DNA of 64,000 bases from an uncultured Planctomycetota bacterium (GCA_963849325.1 CAWKHF010000009.1:32001-96000); one strand, 5' to 3'. Counted from the stretch's first letter, positions 9,897 through 20,823 are shown. Numbers and translations: made by a program. Notes: a model not told the origin generated them from the sequence alone.

Positions 9897-12059
9897 ATGT
9901 CCACCGCCGCCATCACTCGTTCGTTGCCGGAGCGCGCCCTGGAGATGTTGCGCCGAGCCGGCAATCCCTTCCGCAATTACTTCGCACGCAACCCCGACGA
10001 CGAGGTGTGTGCGCTCTATCACGTGCCGGAGTTGTTCGCACGAGAACGCGAGCAACTGCTGGGCGTGGTCGATCTGTACCGCTACGCGCCGACGACGCAT
10101 TCCGAGGTCGTCCCGGTGCTGGGCAGCAAGGGCTCCGGCAAGACGCACCTGCTGCACTCCATCAAGCACGACCCGGAAGGGACGTGGCAACTGCTGGTGA
10201 CGCCGGGGACGTACCAGCACGACACCGATTTCCTGGAATATCTGCTGTTCCAGCTCATCGACACGCTGCTGGGCGGCGGCAAGCAGAAGAACACGCGGCC
10301 GCTGGAGTACATCGGCGAACAGCTGGTCCGCGGCCTGCTGCGCGACGCACTGGCGCAGTTGCCGGCGGCGGAGCGTCTCGACCTGTTCCCGGCCCCCGGC
10401 CTGGGCCGCTGGGCGCGGCGTCTGGGACTGGGAGGCTCGCAGGCGCAGGAGCGCACGCAATGGCTCCTCGACAGCCTGTCGCGGCCGTGCCCTCTGCCGT
10501 TCCAGGCCGGCGTCGTCCTGCGGGCCTGCGGCGAGGCCGGCGTCGAAGCGGCCAAGGCATGCGAGCTGGTCTGCGCCGACATCCTCCGCACCGAGAAGCA
10601 CGACACCGCCGGCCTCATGCGCCGTCACATCCTCGACGGCCTGGCCCGCGTTGTGCTGCTGCACGACGAATCCGAACTGGCCAGCTTCCTGACCTACGGC
10701 TTCGCGGAACTGGACTTCCACGTCCGGCCGACGCGGCAAGACCTCGTGCTGGCGCTGTTCAAGGCGATCATGCAGGTCTTGCAGGAGCTGCGCATCCCCG
10801 TGGTGGTGGCCTTCGACCAGCTGGAGGATCTGCTGCTGGCCCGCCGTACCGACGACGGTCATCGCACCGCCGAGAGCTTCTTCGCCGGCATCGTCCAATC
10901 GATGCACCATCTGGACGGCATCAGCTTCCTCATCTTCGCCGAGCGCGGTCTGTGGAACCGCTTCGTACCGTCGCTGGACGGCTACATTCAGGATCGCCTG
11001 AACAATCCCATCCACCTGCCCAACCACGGCACCCTGAAGACGCTGCGACTGGAAGCGCCGGCCCTGGACCTGGTTCGCCGCATCGTCGAGGCGCGTCTGC
11101 GGCCGGCCCTGGAGAAGCTGCCCGACTTCGCCGACCTGTCGCCAGTCTTCCCCTTCACCGAGGAGCAGATCACTCGCGTCGCTCGCACCGAGCCGACCCT
11201 GCGCGACATGCTCCAGCAGTTCCGCCACCAGTTCGATCACGTCGTCTTCGGATCGGAAGAGGACAAGGTGATGGAGAGACAAGCGGACAAGGCGATGGAA
11301 GGGACTTTCCCGGCCCATGAGGATCGCCTGCCGGCGATTCCCGAGCTGCCTCCCGAAGTCAAGTCCGTCGTCGTCGTGGAATCCCCGACCGTCTCGCTCC
11401 CTGACCGTCCCTCGGAAAATACACCCGCCGACTCCCTGGCGACCTTCTCTTCGCTGTGGGACCAGGAGCTGCGCGCCGCCCGGCGGAAGCTGGAGCCGGA
11501 GGGGGCGCTGACGGGTGCGACGCGCGAATTGCAGTCCGGCCTGGGGGCATTCTTGCAGCTGTGTCACGAGCACGGTGCCAAGGTGGGTCCGTGGCGCTTG
11601 CATCACGTCGTCGGCGAATGGACGTTCGGCGATCATCCGACCTACGGCGTCATGACCATCGCGCACTGGGTTTGCAAGGACGGTCAGCCGTGGAAGGTGG
11701 GCATCGGCCTGTTCCTCGGCCGCGGTCCGGCCAAGCCGCGCGACCTGAGCACCAAGCTAGCCGCCCTCGACGTCGAGCCGAGCGCGATCGATCACCTGAT
11801 CCTGCTGCGGCCGGAAGACGACCTGGCTTTGTCCGGCAAGAGCAAAACGCTGTGGCAGGACGCCGAACGGCGCGGCCGGCACGCCCGCCTGGAGCCGGTG
11901 TCGCTGGACGGCTTCGCCGCCCTGTCGGCCCTGCCGCGCTTCGTGGCCAGCCTGACCGAATCGCTGCCGGAGGGACAGCCGCTGCCTAACCTCGCGGACC
12001 TCCTCCAGGACAAATGCGAGAAGCTGCTGGAGCAGGTCTGCATGCCCGTCCAGGGTTGA
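9897..12059 (+). CDS. Large uncharacterised P-loop NTPase (AAA+-like)
   Basis: Walker A VLGSKGSGKTHLL; Walker B VVVAFDQLE; QDRL; FPFTEEQI; GGAGG RBS. Confidence 0.85.
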   Translation: MSTAAITRSLPERALEMLRRAGNPFRNYFARNPDDEVCALYHVPELFAREREQLLGVVDLYRYAPTTHSEVVPVLGSKGSGKTHLLHSIKHDPEGTWQLLVTPGTYQHDTDFLEYLLFQLIDTLLGGGKQKNTRPLEYIGEQLVRGLLRDALAQLPAAERLDLFPAPGLGRWARRLGLGGSQAQERTQWLLDSLSRPCPLPFQAGVVLRACGEAGVEAAKACELVCADILRTEKHDTAGLMRRHILDGLARVVLLHDESELASFLTYGFAELDFHVRPTRQDLVLALFKAIMQVLQELRIPVVVAFDQLEDLLLARRTDDGHRTAESFFAGIVQSMHHLDGISFLIFAERGLWNRFVPSLDGYIQDRLNNPIHLPNHGTLKTLRLEAPALDLVRRIVEARLRPALEKLPDFADLSPVFPFTEEQITRVARTEPTLRDMLQQFRHQFDHVVFGSEEDKVMERQADKAMEGTFPAHEDRLPAIPELPPEVKSVVVVESPTVSLPDRPSENTPADSLATFSSLWDQELRAARRKLEPEGALTGATRELQSGLGAFLQLCHEHGAKVGPWRLHHVVGEWTFGDHPTYGVMTIAHWVCKDGQPWKVGIGLFLGRGPAKPRDLSTKLAALDVEPSAIDHLILLRPEDDLALSGKSKTLWQDAERRGRHARLEPVSLDGFAALSALPRFVASLTESLPEGQPLPNLADLLQDKCEKLLEQVCMPVQG

Positions 12060-12078
12060 TACAGTAAGAGCATGTCCC

Positions 12079-12121
12079 CGCCGTTTGCGGCTTGACGAGG
12101 CACGCCAAGCCGCAAACGGCG
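12079..12121. repeat. Palindromic repeat, family B
   Basis: cgccgtttgcggcttg acgaggcacgc caagccgcaaacggcg. Confidence 0.8.
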
Positions 12122-12142
12122 ATTGGTCCCTTGCGTCGCACC

Positions 12143-13498
12143 ATGAACCATCCTTTCGCCGCGCTGCCCTCTCTGTCGCCGGATGAAGCCCGCGCCTGGT
12201 GGTACGGCCTCATCAACTTCGAGCAGCGTACGCCCGTCGCCGCGGACCTGAAGCTCGATCACATGCGCGCCCTGCTGGCGCGGCTGGGCAATCCGCAGCG
12301 ACGTCTGCGCGTCGTCCACGTGGCCGGCAGCAAGGGCAAGGGTTCGACGTCGGCCATGCTCGCCTCGATCCTGCGCCGGGCCGGCTATCGCACCGGCCTG
12401 TTCACGTCGCCGCACCTGTGCCGGGTCGAGGAACGCTTTCAGGTGGATGACCAGCCCATCACCAGCGCCGAATTGACCACGCTTCTGGACGAGGTTCGCC
12501 ACTGCGTCGAGACGGAGGGGCGGAGCGGCGGCGTGCCGTACACCTTCTTCGAGGTGGCCACGGCCGTCGGTTTTCTGCACTTCGTCCGCCGCCGTGTCGA
12601 GACGGCCGTGATCGAAGTCGGTCTGGGCGGGAGGCTGGATTCGACCAACGTGTGCGATCCGGCCGTGGCCCTCATCACGAGCATCAGCTTCGATCACACG
12701 GCCCTGCTGGGCGATCGCCTGGCCAGCATCGCGACGGAGAAAGCCGGCATCGTCAAGCCGCGGCGTCCGGTCGTCAGCGGCGCGACGGTCCCCGAAGCGC
12801 GGACGGTCATCGAACGAGTCTGCCGCGAGCGCCGTTCTCCGCTGCGCCAGCTCGGCGTCGATTTTCATTACACCTGTGTTCCCGGCCACGTCACGGCGAC
12901 GCACATCCAGCGGGCGCGGGTGAGGGTCGTCACCGACCGCCGCCATTGGCCGGAGTTCGAGCTGAACTTGCTGGGCGATCATCAGGCGGCCAACGCCGCC
13001 GTGGCCATCGCCTGTGTCGAGCAGCTGCGAGAGGAAGGTTGGCACCTGCCCGACGCCGCCGTCGCTGCCGGCCTGGCGGAGGTGTGCTGGCCGGCTCGCT
13101 TGGAAGTCGTCGGCCGCAAGCCGCTGGTCGTCCTCGACTGTGCCCACAACGTCGCCTCGGCGCTGGCGCTGGTGCGGACGCTGCAATCCTCTTTTCCGCC
13201 GGCACGCCGCCTGCTCGTCTTCGCCGGCAGCAGCGACAAGGATCTGGCCGGGATGTTCCGCGTCCTGTCGCCGCACTTCCAGCACGCCTTCCTGACGCGC
13301 TACACCGACAACCCGCGCAGCGTGTCTCCCGAACAGATGGCCGACCTGCTCCGCGAGAACGGCCAACTGCCGGCCACCCTCTGTCCCACGCCGGGGGAAG
13401 CGTATCGCACGGCCCTCGCGGCCGCGGGTTCGGAGGACATGATCTGCATCACCGGCTCGGTCTACCTGGCCGGCGAATTGCGACCGCTGCTCTTGTGA
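12143..13498 (+). CDS. folC: Folylpolyglutamate synthase/dihydrofolate synthase
   Basis: VHVAGSKGKGST, FTSPHL, EVGLGGRLDSTN, EKAGIVK, WPARLE, LDCAHN, ITGSVYLAGE. Confidence 0.96.
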   Translation: MNHPFAALPSLSPDEARAWWYGLINFEQRTPVAADLKLDHMRALLARLGNPQRRLRVVHVAGSKGKGSTSAMLASILRRAGYRTGLFTSPHLCRVEERFQVDDQPITSAELTTLLDEVRHCVETEGRSGGVPYTFFEVATAVGFLHFVRRRVETAVIEVGLGGRLDSTNVCDPAVALITSISFDHTALLGDRLASIATEKAGIVKPRRPVVSGATVPEARTVIERVCRERRSPLRQLGVDFHYTCVPGHVTATHIQRARVRVVTDRRHWPEFELNLLGDHQAANAAVAIACVEQLREEGWHLPDAAVAAGLAEVCWPARLEVVGRKPLVVLDCAHNVASALALVRTLQSSFPPARRLLVFAGSSDKDLAGMFRVLSPHFQHAFLTRYTDNPRSVSPEQMADLLRENGQLPATLCPTPGEAYRTALAAAGSEDMICITGSVYLAGELRPLLL

Positions 13499-13520
13499 TG
13501 GAGGAGGGAGAGGCAAGCCC

Positions 13521-15190
13521 ATGAACGCACGCAACCTCGCCGAACTGCACCGCCGACAGGCCGAGCGCCTCGGCCCGCGGCCGGCACTTCGCTGGAAGCG
13601 ACACGGCATCTGGCACGACCTGAGTTGGGAACAATACCGGGCCGAGTCCGTCGCCGCCGCCGCGGCGCTCGTCGAAGTCCGGCGTCGCGCCGGGCGACCG
13701 CGTTGGCATGGTCGCGGAAAACAGCGTCGATTGGCTCCTCGCCGACATGGCCATCCTGACCGCCGGCGCCGTCAACGTCCCGCCGCACGCGCCGCTGACG
13801 GCGCGACAAATCCACTTCCAACTCGATGACGCCGAGGTGAGTTTCCTCTTCGTGTCCAACCGCACTCAGCTGGAGAAGGTGCTGTCCATCCGTTCGCGGC
13901 TGCCGCGCCTGCGCGGTATCGTCGTCTTTGACGGCGCGATCATATCGGACAATAGCGATCTTTTTTCATGGCAGACGTTCCGTCAGCGCGGCCGGCGGAC
14001 GTTGCCGCGCGTGGCGGTGGAATTGGCTCGCCGCGAGGCCAACCTCGGGCCGGACGATCTGGCCACGATCATGTACACGTCCGGCACGACCGGCAATCCC
14101 AAGGGCGTGATGCTGACGCACGGCAATTTGCTGAGCAACGTCCGGGCCACCCTGGAGCGCTCGGGCCAACGGCCCGGCGATGTCGTGCTAAGCTGGCTGC
14201 CGTACACGCACATCTATGCTCGCACCATCGATCACTACAGTACGCTGGCTTCCGGCGTACTCCTGTGCGTCGCCGAGTCTGCCGACACGCTCGGTCCAGG
14301 ATCTCGCCGACGTGCATCCGACGCACATGGCCTCGGTGCCGCGCTTCTACGAGAAGGTGCTGACGGCGGCGGCCGACGCCGACCCGAAGGTGACGGCCCA
14401 GCGCCTGCGCGACATCTTCGGCCCGCGCGTGGACTGGCTATCGTCGGGCGGAGCGCCGTTGCCCTACCCGGTGGCCCGAGCCTACGCCGACGCTGGCGTG
14501 CTCGTGCTGCAAGGCTATGGCCTGACCGAGACATCGCCGGTCATCTCGTTCAACGCCAAGGAAGCGTACAAGCTCGACACCGTGGGCCGGCCGCTGCCGG
14601 GCGTCGAAGTGAAGATCGCCGCGGATGGCGAGGTGCTGACGCGCGGCCCGCACGTCATGAAGGGCTACTGGAAGAACGCGGCGGCGACGGCCGAGTCCAT
14701 CCGCGACGGCTGGTTTCACACCGGCGACCTCGGCGAACTGGACGCCGACGGCTTCCTCAAAATCACCGGCCGCAAGAAGGAGCTGCTCGTCCTGTCCAAC
14801 GGCAAGAAGGTCGTGCCCGCCTTCCTCGAAGGGCTGTTACAGGCCGACCCGTGCATCGACCAGGCCGTGGTCTGCGGCGAGGGCCGTAACTTCCTCACGG
14901 CGCTGATCGTGCCGCACTGGGGTAACGTCGGCGCCGCCCTCGCCGCCGAGGGGATATCCTTCAACAGCCACGTTGAAAACCCTGTGTCTCCGCCGGTGCT
15001 GGACCTGCTGCGGCGCCGCGTTCGGGCGGCGCTGGTCGATGTGTGCAGCGCCGAGCAGGTTCGGAAGTTCCTGGTCGTGCCGCAACCGTTCAGCATCGCC
15101 GACGAGGAGCTGACGGTGAGCCTGAAGCTGCGCCGCAATGTTGTGCTCGCCAAGTATGCGCGACAGTTCGACGAACTCTATGCCGAGTGA
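13521..15190 (+). CDS. Long-chain fatty acid-CoA ligase / AMP-dependent synthetase (frameshifts near 13680 and 14293)
   Basis: YTSGTTGNPKGVMLTHGN, QGYGLTETSP, GWFHTGDLG, ITGRKKELL, spread over three frames. Confidence 0.9.
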
Positions 15191-15273
15191 CCTCGATGTA
15201 TCCGGTTGTCGTGCGGCATCGGGATGAGGATACCTCTTCTATTATAGGTGTCCTCGCGGTCGGGTCATGGCGT

Positions 15274-16750
15274 TCAGCGTGAAGCGAAGGAACTTCCGTG
15301 AACGCGATACACGCGGAAACCCGGATTCGCATACACCTTCTCGAAATTCTCGTTGTGACGTTCGAGAAATGGTTCGAGTATCCGCCGGCTATTTTGAAAC
15401 GACGCGGAAGGCGACGACGAAGACACGATAACATGGGTGCCGCCCGTCCGTGCGCAGAACGTGCCACAGCTGCTCTTCGTCGGCCGTTTTGTGATGGGCG
15501 ACCGCGTGTCGCTTCGTATACAGGGCGAGCGCCCGCGGCTTCGGGAACAGAAACACGTCGTTCGGCTCCGTTCGCTCCCGGATCCAGTCGAAGAGGGCGA
15601 CGGACTCCGGTGTGCTGACGCCATCCCGAACCGGGCCGACTTCGAGGCGGGCGTACCGGCCGGCATAAGAAACCAGGACAGCGAGCGTCAGCACGGCAGC
15701 AGCGGCGGTTTCGGCGCGGTTAATAGCTGTGGAACGGAGCCAGCACAAACCCTCACTAATATAGAGAAAGAAGAGAGGTAAAATCGGCATCAGATAACGT
15801 GGGTCGGACTCGGCCGTCGGCCAGAACACCAGCAGCAGACAGTTGAAGGCGGCGAATAACTCATAAACAGTAAGCTCGTTGCGCAGCCGCCTGATATAGC
15901 CCACGCAGGCCAGAGTGAGCAGGCAGCCATAGAGAAAGGCAAAGGCCACGCCGCTATAGCCATTCTCCACGAAAAAACCCATCGCCCGGACCAAGGACAG
16001 CGCGATCCGCGCAAAGCGCAAGGGGTCGAAGACGAGTTGATCCAGGTAACTGCCATCAAAGGGTAGCAGACACTTTTGCGCCACCACGCCGCCGGCGAAG
16101 GCCGCCACGATCGACAGGGACGCCGCCCCCAGGCGGCGGCACCGTAGGAGTTCCCAGCCAACGATACTGGGGATCAGGATCACTCCCACCGTGCGCGTGC
16201 CAAAAGCAAGGTATGCGGCCAGGCCGGCGAGAAGTCCCCAACTCAGGCTCCGCGCTCTCGACCCGTCCCCTGCCTGCGCCTTCTCCGTCAGGAAGAGGGC
16301 GAGGTAGGCGAACAGCATGAAGGGCGTCTCGGACAGAAGACGATCCTTGTGCTGCCAGACATAAGGATTCAGAGCGAACAGCGCCAGACATCCCAGGGTA
16401 TAGGGAAGCGGCAGGCGCTTGCGGTAGACCAGGGCCAGTATTCCCAGCATGACCATGAAGAGCAGCACTACGGACACTTTCATGGCCGTGAGATCCATGC
16501 CGAAGAGAAGATATACCGGCGTCAGCAGCAGCGGAAAAATCGGCGGATAGGATCGCGGCGACACGACAGGGTTGCGGGGATTGTAGATATAGCCCGTGTC
16601 CGCGTAGGGGCGTCCTTCGGCGATGTTCCGCGCATGAGCGACGTAGAGGCTGAAATCGTCGCCCCATTCGTGGCCGGCTCGCAACGTCGCCAGATGAATA
16701 GCACCGAGCACCACAATCATGCCGAGTATCAGAAACGCATTCTTCGTCAC
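15274..16750 (-). CDS. GT-C fold (ArnT/PMT-like) membrane glycosyltransferase (frameshift near 15465)
   Basis: WGDDFSLY, YPPIFPLLL, LLSETPF, RYLMPILP, many TM helices; C-terminus continues in ORF 15274 (THVIV...VYANPGFRVYRV); AAGGAGG RBS. Confidence 0.78.
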
Positions 16751-16815
16751 CCTCACATCCTCCTTGATACAGACGGTCATCAAACTCTTGGGCGCCAGGG
16801 CCAGCAAGGCAGCCG

Positions 16816-17823
16816 CTACTCTTCGGTCGTTGGAATGCGGGCGGGTTGCCCCCTGCGCCGCACGCGCGATTGCCGACGCGCTCGGCCTCGACCCTCTTTC
16901 AATCCTCGGGCGCGTACCAGATGATCGATCTCCTGAAAGCGACGATTGATGGTATGGAGCACCATTCCGGCCGCGGTCCCCAACATGCCGGATAGCACCA
17001 GGCCGACCGCCAGCACCGCCGAGGGCAGGCGAAGTACCAGGCCCGTATGAACATATTCCTGAACGACCGTCATCCCCAGCACAAGACCGAGGAGCATGAG
17101 GATTGCTCCGAGCGTACCGAAAGTAGTCATCGGTTTATAATCGCGCATCAACGCGAAGATCGTCCACAAGATGCGATAGCCATCGCGGAATTTGCGGATT
17201 TTCGAGTGGCTCCCCGCTGGTCGATCGCGCAGACACGCCGGTTTCTCGCATAGGCGGAAACCTCGTTCCAGGGCTTTGATCGTCATCTCGACCTCGACCT
17301 CGAAGCCGGTGACGAACAGCGGCAGACCCTTGACGAAGCGGCGGTTCATGACGCGATATCCGCTCAACACGTCGGTTAACCGCGTTCCGAAGATCGTGTT
17401 GATGACCCGCAAGAAGAATTGATTGCCCAGTCGGTTCAGGGGACGAAAGGAACTCTCGGAGGAGAGAAAGCGCGAGCCGACCGCCATGTCCGCGTCGCCG
17501 GCGACGACGTCTTCGAGCAGGGCGTGGACCGCCTCGGCCGGGTAGGTGTCGTCGCCATCCACCATGATGTACGTGTCCGCCTCGATGGTCTCGAACATCG
17601 ATTGGACGACGTATCCTTTGCCCCTTCGGCCCTCGCTATGGACGATGGCCCCTGTCTCTTCCGCGATCCGCCGCGTGGCATCGGTCGAGGCATTATCGAA
17701 AACGTGGATCTCCGCCTCCGGCAGCTCGTAGCGGAAGTCCTTGACTACCTTGTCGATCGTTTTTTCTTCGTTCAGGCAAGGGATCAGAACGGCAATCTTG
17801 GCGCGCATGCTTTCATCCTCCAT
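16816..17823 (-). CDS. Family 2 glycosyltransferase (polyprenol-phosphate sugar synthase-like)
   Basis: IAVLIPCLNEE, FDNASTDAT, GKG, MVDGDDTYP, DVLSGYR, FEVEVE; two C-terminal TM helices. Confidence 0.92.
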   Translation of the reverse strand: MEDESMRAKIAVLIPCLNEEKTIDKVVKDFRYELPEAEIHVFDNASTDATRRIAEETGAIVHSEGRRGKGYVVQSMFETIEADTYIMVDGDDTYPAEAVHALLEDVVAGDADMAVGSRFLSSESSFRPLNRLGNQFFLRVINTIFGTRLTDVLSGYRVMNRRFVKGLPLFVTGFEVEVEMTIKALERGFRLCEKPACLRDRPAGSHSKIRKFRDGYRILWTIFALMRDYKPMTTFGTLGAILMLLGLVLGMTVVQEYVHTGLVLRLPSAVLAVGLVLSGMLGTAAGMVLHTINRRFQEIDHLVRARGLKEGRGRARRQSRVRRRGQPARIPTTEE

Positions 17824-18055
17824 GACAAAGCGCGGACTAATCCGTTAGCGATCCCACGTATTTTGCCCGATCCTTCCAAAGGAAACTAGAGCAAAAGAAA
17901 TCCATTTCAAGAGAACGGTCCCATTTGCTCTTGCTCGAATTGTCCGAATTCATTATAGCCCTCCCCTCACTCAGCAAACGTCTAACGATCCCGTCCTCCT
18001 CGCCCCGACCCTTTCGGGGCTTGCCGAGGACGAGAAGCTCTCGGAGGAGCGAGGC

Positions 18056-19339
18056 ATGCTCAAGGCGCTCAAGCATTTGCTCGGCAAGCCGGCGTGGGCC
18101 ACCTACGGGGCCGGCGCCAGTGATCGACAATTCGTATCTCAGCTCTACCTTGATCTACTCCAGCGCAAGGCCGACCCCGCCGACCTGGAACAGTGGTGCC
18201 GCTACCTCTCGCGGGGCGGCGCGCGGTCCAAGGTGGCGCTCGGCATCCTCAGTAGTGAGGAATTCCATAACCGGGCGCACCCAGCCCCATCGCCCCGGCA
18301 GAAGGCGGACAACTGTGTGCTGCCTCCGATCTGGGAACGGCCTGTCTTCGCCCGCCTGCTGCTGTCCCGGCTCGCTCCCCACACGAATCGCGCCGTCTTG
18401 CTGGGCACCGCCGAGCAGCTCGCCTTCTTGCAACCGGCCTTTCGCGCCCAGGGCAAGGTCGCCGACGGCGTCGTCTGGGCCTGGGATGGCGAAGTCCGCC
18501 TGGACGCTTATCCGGCCGAGGCGCCGATCCTCGTCTGTCCCATGCCGGTGACGGCCGAGCAGTGGTGGACGATCCATCGACTCAAGGAGCGCTACGGCGA
18601 ACGGGTGATCGGCATTCAGGAATTGGCCCTGCCGTTGGCCCTGCTCGACAAGACGGCGTCGTTGTTGCCCTACTGCGAATCGCTGGATCGCATCCTGGAG
18701 TATTACCTCGGCGAGAGGTATTTCGGCCCCATCGATCAGCTGGACGCACTCTGTTCTCTCGCCGGCAAGAGCGTCATCGAGTTCGGCCCGCTCGACGGCT
18801 CGCAGACGGCCGGTCTCGTCAAGGCCGGCGCCGCGCGCATCGTCTGCATCGAGTCGCGGCCGGAGAACGTCCTCAAGACGACGCTGGCCAGCCGGGTGTT
18901 CGGTTGGGACCACGTTCAGGTTGTCGCCGACGACTTCCACAACGCCGACGCCGTGAAATACGGTCGCTTCGACCTGGCCTTCGCGCACGGCGTCTACTAT
19001 CACAGCATCGCGCCGACGCTATTTTTGCAGAACCTGCTCCGTCTCTCGGATACCATTTTCGTCGGCGGACTCTGCGCCACGGAGGACCGCCCGGACTGTG
19101 CTTACGAGTCGATGGCTTATCGCGGCCGGACGTACCGGGTCAAGCCGTACAAGGAGCACTTGCAAGCGTTTGTGGCCGGCGTCAATGAGACGAGTTATTT
19201 CTTCCACGGCGACGATTTGATGGACTTCTTCCGTCACCAAGGTTGCGAGGTCGCGCCGATGTCGGACGAAGCGATGGCGACGCACTGGCCGGCCGGCCGC
19301 TATGTCCGCTTTGTGGCACGGCGGCAGTCCGGGGACTGA
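18056..19339 (+). CDS. DUF4214-like domain fused to class I SAM-dependent methyltransferase
   Basis: FVSQLYLDLLQRKADP...VALGILSSEEF; GKSVIEFGPLDGS...IVCIESR; FDLAFAHGVYYH. Confidence 0.75.
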   Translation: MLKALKHLLGKPAWATYGAGASDRQFVSQLYLDLLQRKADPADLEQWCRYLSRGGARSKVALGILSSEEFHNRAHPAPSPRQKADNCVLPPIWERPVFARLLLSRLAPHTNRAVLLGTAEQLAFLQPAFRAQGKVADGVVWAWDGEVRLDAYPAEAPILVCPMPVTAEQWWTIHRLKERYGERVIGIQELALPLALLDKTASLLPYCESLDRILEYYLGERYFGPIDQLDALCSLAGKSVIEFGPLDGSQTAGLVKAGAARIVCIESRPENVLKTTLASRVFGWDHVQVVADDFHNADAVKYGRFDLAFAHGVYYHSIAPTLFLQNLLRLSDTIFVGGLCATEDRPDCAYESMAYRGRTYRVKPYKEHLQAFVAGVNETSYFFHGDDLMDFFRHQGCEVAPMSDEAMATHWPAGRYVRFVARRQSGD

Positions 19340-19380
19340 CACCTCCGCTCGCCAAGGTTTCGACAGGGCGTCGAGCCGGG

Positions 19381-20148
19381 TCAGGCATGGTCCTCGGTTT
19401 CGAGCAGCACCGCCAGCATCTTTTCCGTCCTCGTCAGAAAGGCGCGGGAGATTCGATAGTGCTCGGTTTCGGTGTAGGCAACACGAACCGGACCTTCGGA
19501 ATTAAGGACGTAAATCCAAGCGTGTGGATACGCCATGATGATCGGCGAGTGCGTGGCGATGATGAGTTGCGAGCCGCCTTCGCACAGACGATGCAGCACG
19601 GTCAGAAAGCTCATCTGTCGTGCCGGTGAGAGGGCGGATTCCGGTTCATCTAAGAGATACAGGCCGAGATCGCGGAAACGATGCTCGAACAGCGCGAAAA
19701 ACGACTCGCCATGCGATTGTTCGTGCAGGGACTGGCCGCCGTAGGCCCCGATCAGCTTCGGCCCGCCCGGTTCGCGGTCGAGCCGCTCCAACTCGGTAGC
19801 GACGTTGTAAAAGCTCTCAGCGCGAAGGAAAAAGCTGTCGCGCGGCAGACGAGGCGACCTCGCCAGCCGTAGAAAGCGATCCAGGCCGGAATGCGAAGCC
19901 CGAGTGGCGAAGTTGAAATTGCGACTTCCGCCCTCTGGATTGAGGTCGCAGGCCACGGCGATGGCTTCCAACAGCGTCGATTTGCCGGAGCCATTTTCGC
20001 CGACAAGGAACGTCACGCGCGGATGGAAGGCGAGCGTCTGAAGTTGACGCACCGCAGGCAGGCAAAACGGATAGCTTGCGAACGAGGGAACACGGTCACG
20101 CAGGAGTTGCAGGTCGAGCAGGAAGGAACGGCCCGGATCGACTGCCAT
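19381..20148 (-). CDS. ABC-type/AAA ATPase (predicted ATPase, COG3910-like)
   Basis: FLVGENGSGKSTLLEAIA, FFLRAESF, EQSHGESF, LYLLDEPESALSP, IIATHSPII. Confidence 0.9.
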   Translation of the reverse strand: MAVDPGRSFLLDLQLLRDRVPSFASYPFCLPAVRQLQTLAFHPRVTFLVGENGSGKSTLLEAIAVACDLNPEGGSRNFNFATRASHSGLDRFLRLARSPRLPRDSFFLRAESFYNVATELERLDREPGGPKLIGAYGGQSLHEQSHGESFFALFEHRFRDLGLYLLDEPESALSPARQMSFLTVLHRLCEGGSQLIIATHSPIIMAYPHAWIYVLNSEGPVRVAYTETEHYRISRAFLTRTEKMLAVLLETEDHA

Positions 20149-20191
20149 GCCGTCCTCCCCGATCTCTCCATGAAGGTTGACGGTTCGCTGA

Positions 20192-20797
20192 TTATGGCAG
20201 CAGGTCGCGGACGGGAGTGCTCGCCACGACGGTGCCGTCCAGCACCAACGGCAATTGATCGGCCGCCCCGTAATCGGTTCGCTGTCCGTAGCCGGCGGAG
20301 ACAGCCGAACCCGAAGGCGAGGAGTATACCTCCACCTGTCGATCAATTAAATTAATGATCCAGTAAACGGCGATGCCGGCGCGGGCGTAGATACGTCCCT
20401 TGTCGGCGCGATCGCCGAGCAAGGTCGAGTCGGCCACCTCGATCAAAAGTCCCACGTCGGCGGGCGCGGGATGACGTGCCGCATAGGTACGTTCGTCGCC
20501 GCGCACCACGGCCAGGTCCGGTTCCGGTTCGCTATCGCTGAGGGTGATCGCCGACTGAACCCGCACGCTCCAATCCGGCGGAAGACAGCGGAGCAGCATT
20601 CGCAAGGCCAGGTGGATGCAGCTATCGTGCGGCGGATTGCGCGACATCTTGAGGACCAGGTAGCCTTCGATCAATTCGAGATTGTCGTCCTCGGTAAGCA
20701 GGCCGATGTCGATGAGCTTGTGGTATTCCGCCACGCTGAAACGTCGAAAGCCGGCCATGGTCCCCAGCAGCGGCAGATGGACGGCTTGCCTTGACAT
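20192..20797 (-). CDS. Uma2 family endonuclease
   Basis: FSVAEYHKL, ELIEG, SEPEPDLAVV, LLIEVADST, DKGRIYARAGIAVYWIINL. Confidence 0.92.
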   Translation of the reverse strand: MSRQAVHLPLLGTMAGFRRFSVAEYHKLIDIGLLTEDDNLELIEGYLVLKMSRNPPHDSCIHLALRMLLRCLPPDWSVRVQSAITLSDSEPEPDLAVVRGDERTYAARHPAPADVGLLIEVADSTLLGDRADKGRIYARAGIAVYWIINLIDRQVEVYSSPSGSAVSAGYGQRTDYGAADQLPLVLDGTVVASTPVRDLLP

Positions 20798-20823
20798 AGG
20801 GATCCTCCATCCGAGAAACCGCG

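Noticed and set aside
9768-13609. Long antisense ORFs (632 aa and 605 aa) and similar shadow ORFs throughout
   Set aside because: They lie opposite well-supported genes, which is expected at high GC, and show no motifs or RBS.
13521-15190. Programmed frameshifting or mass pseudogenisation as the cause of split genes
   Set aside because: No slippery heptamers; breaks hit normally essential or conserved genes whose motifs are otherwise intact. Sequencing error is more parsimonious.
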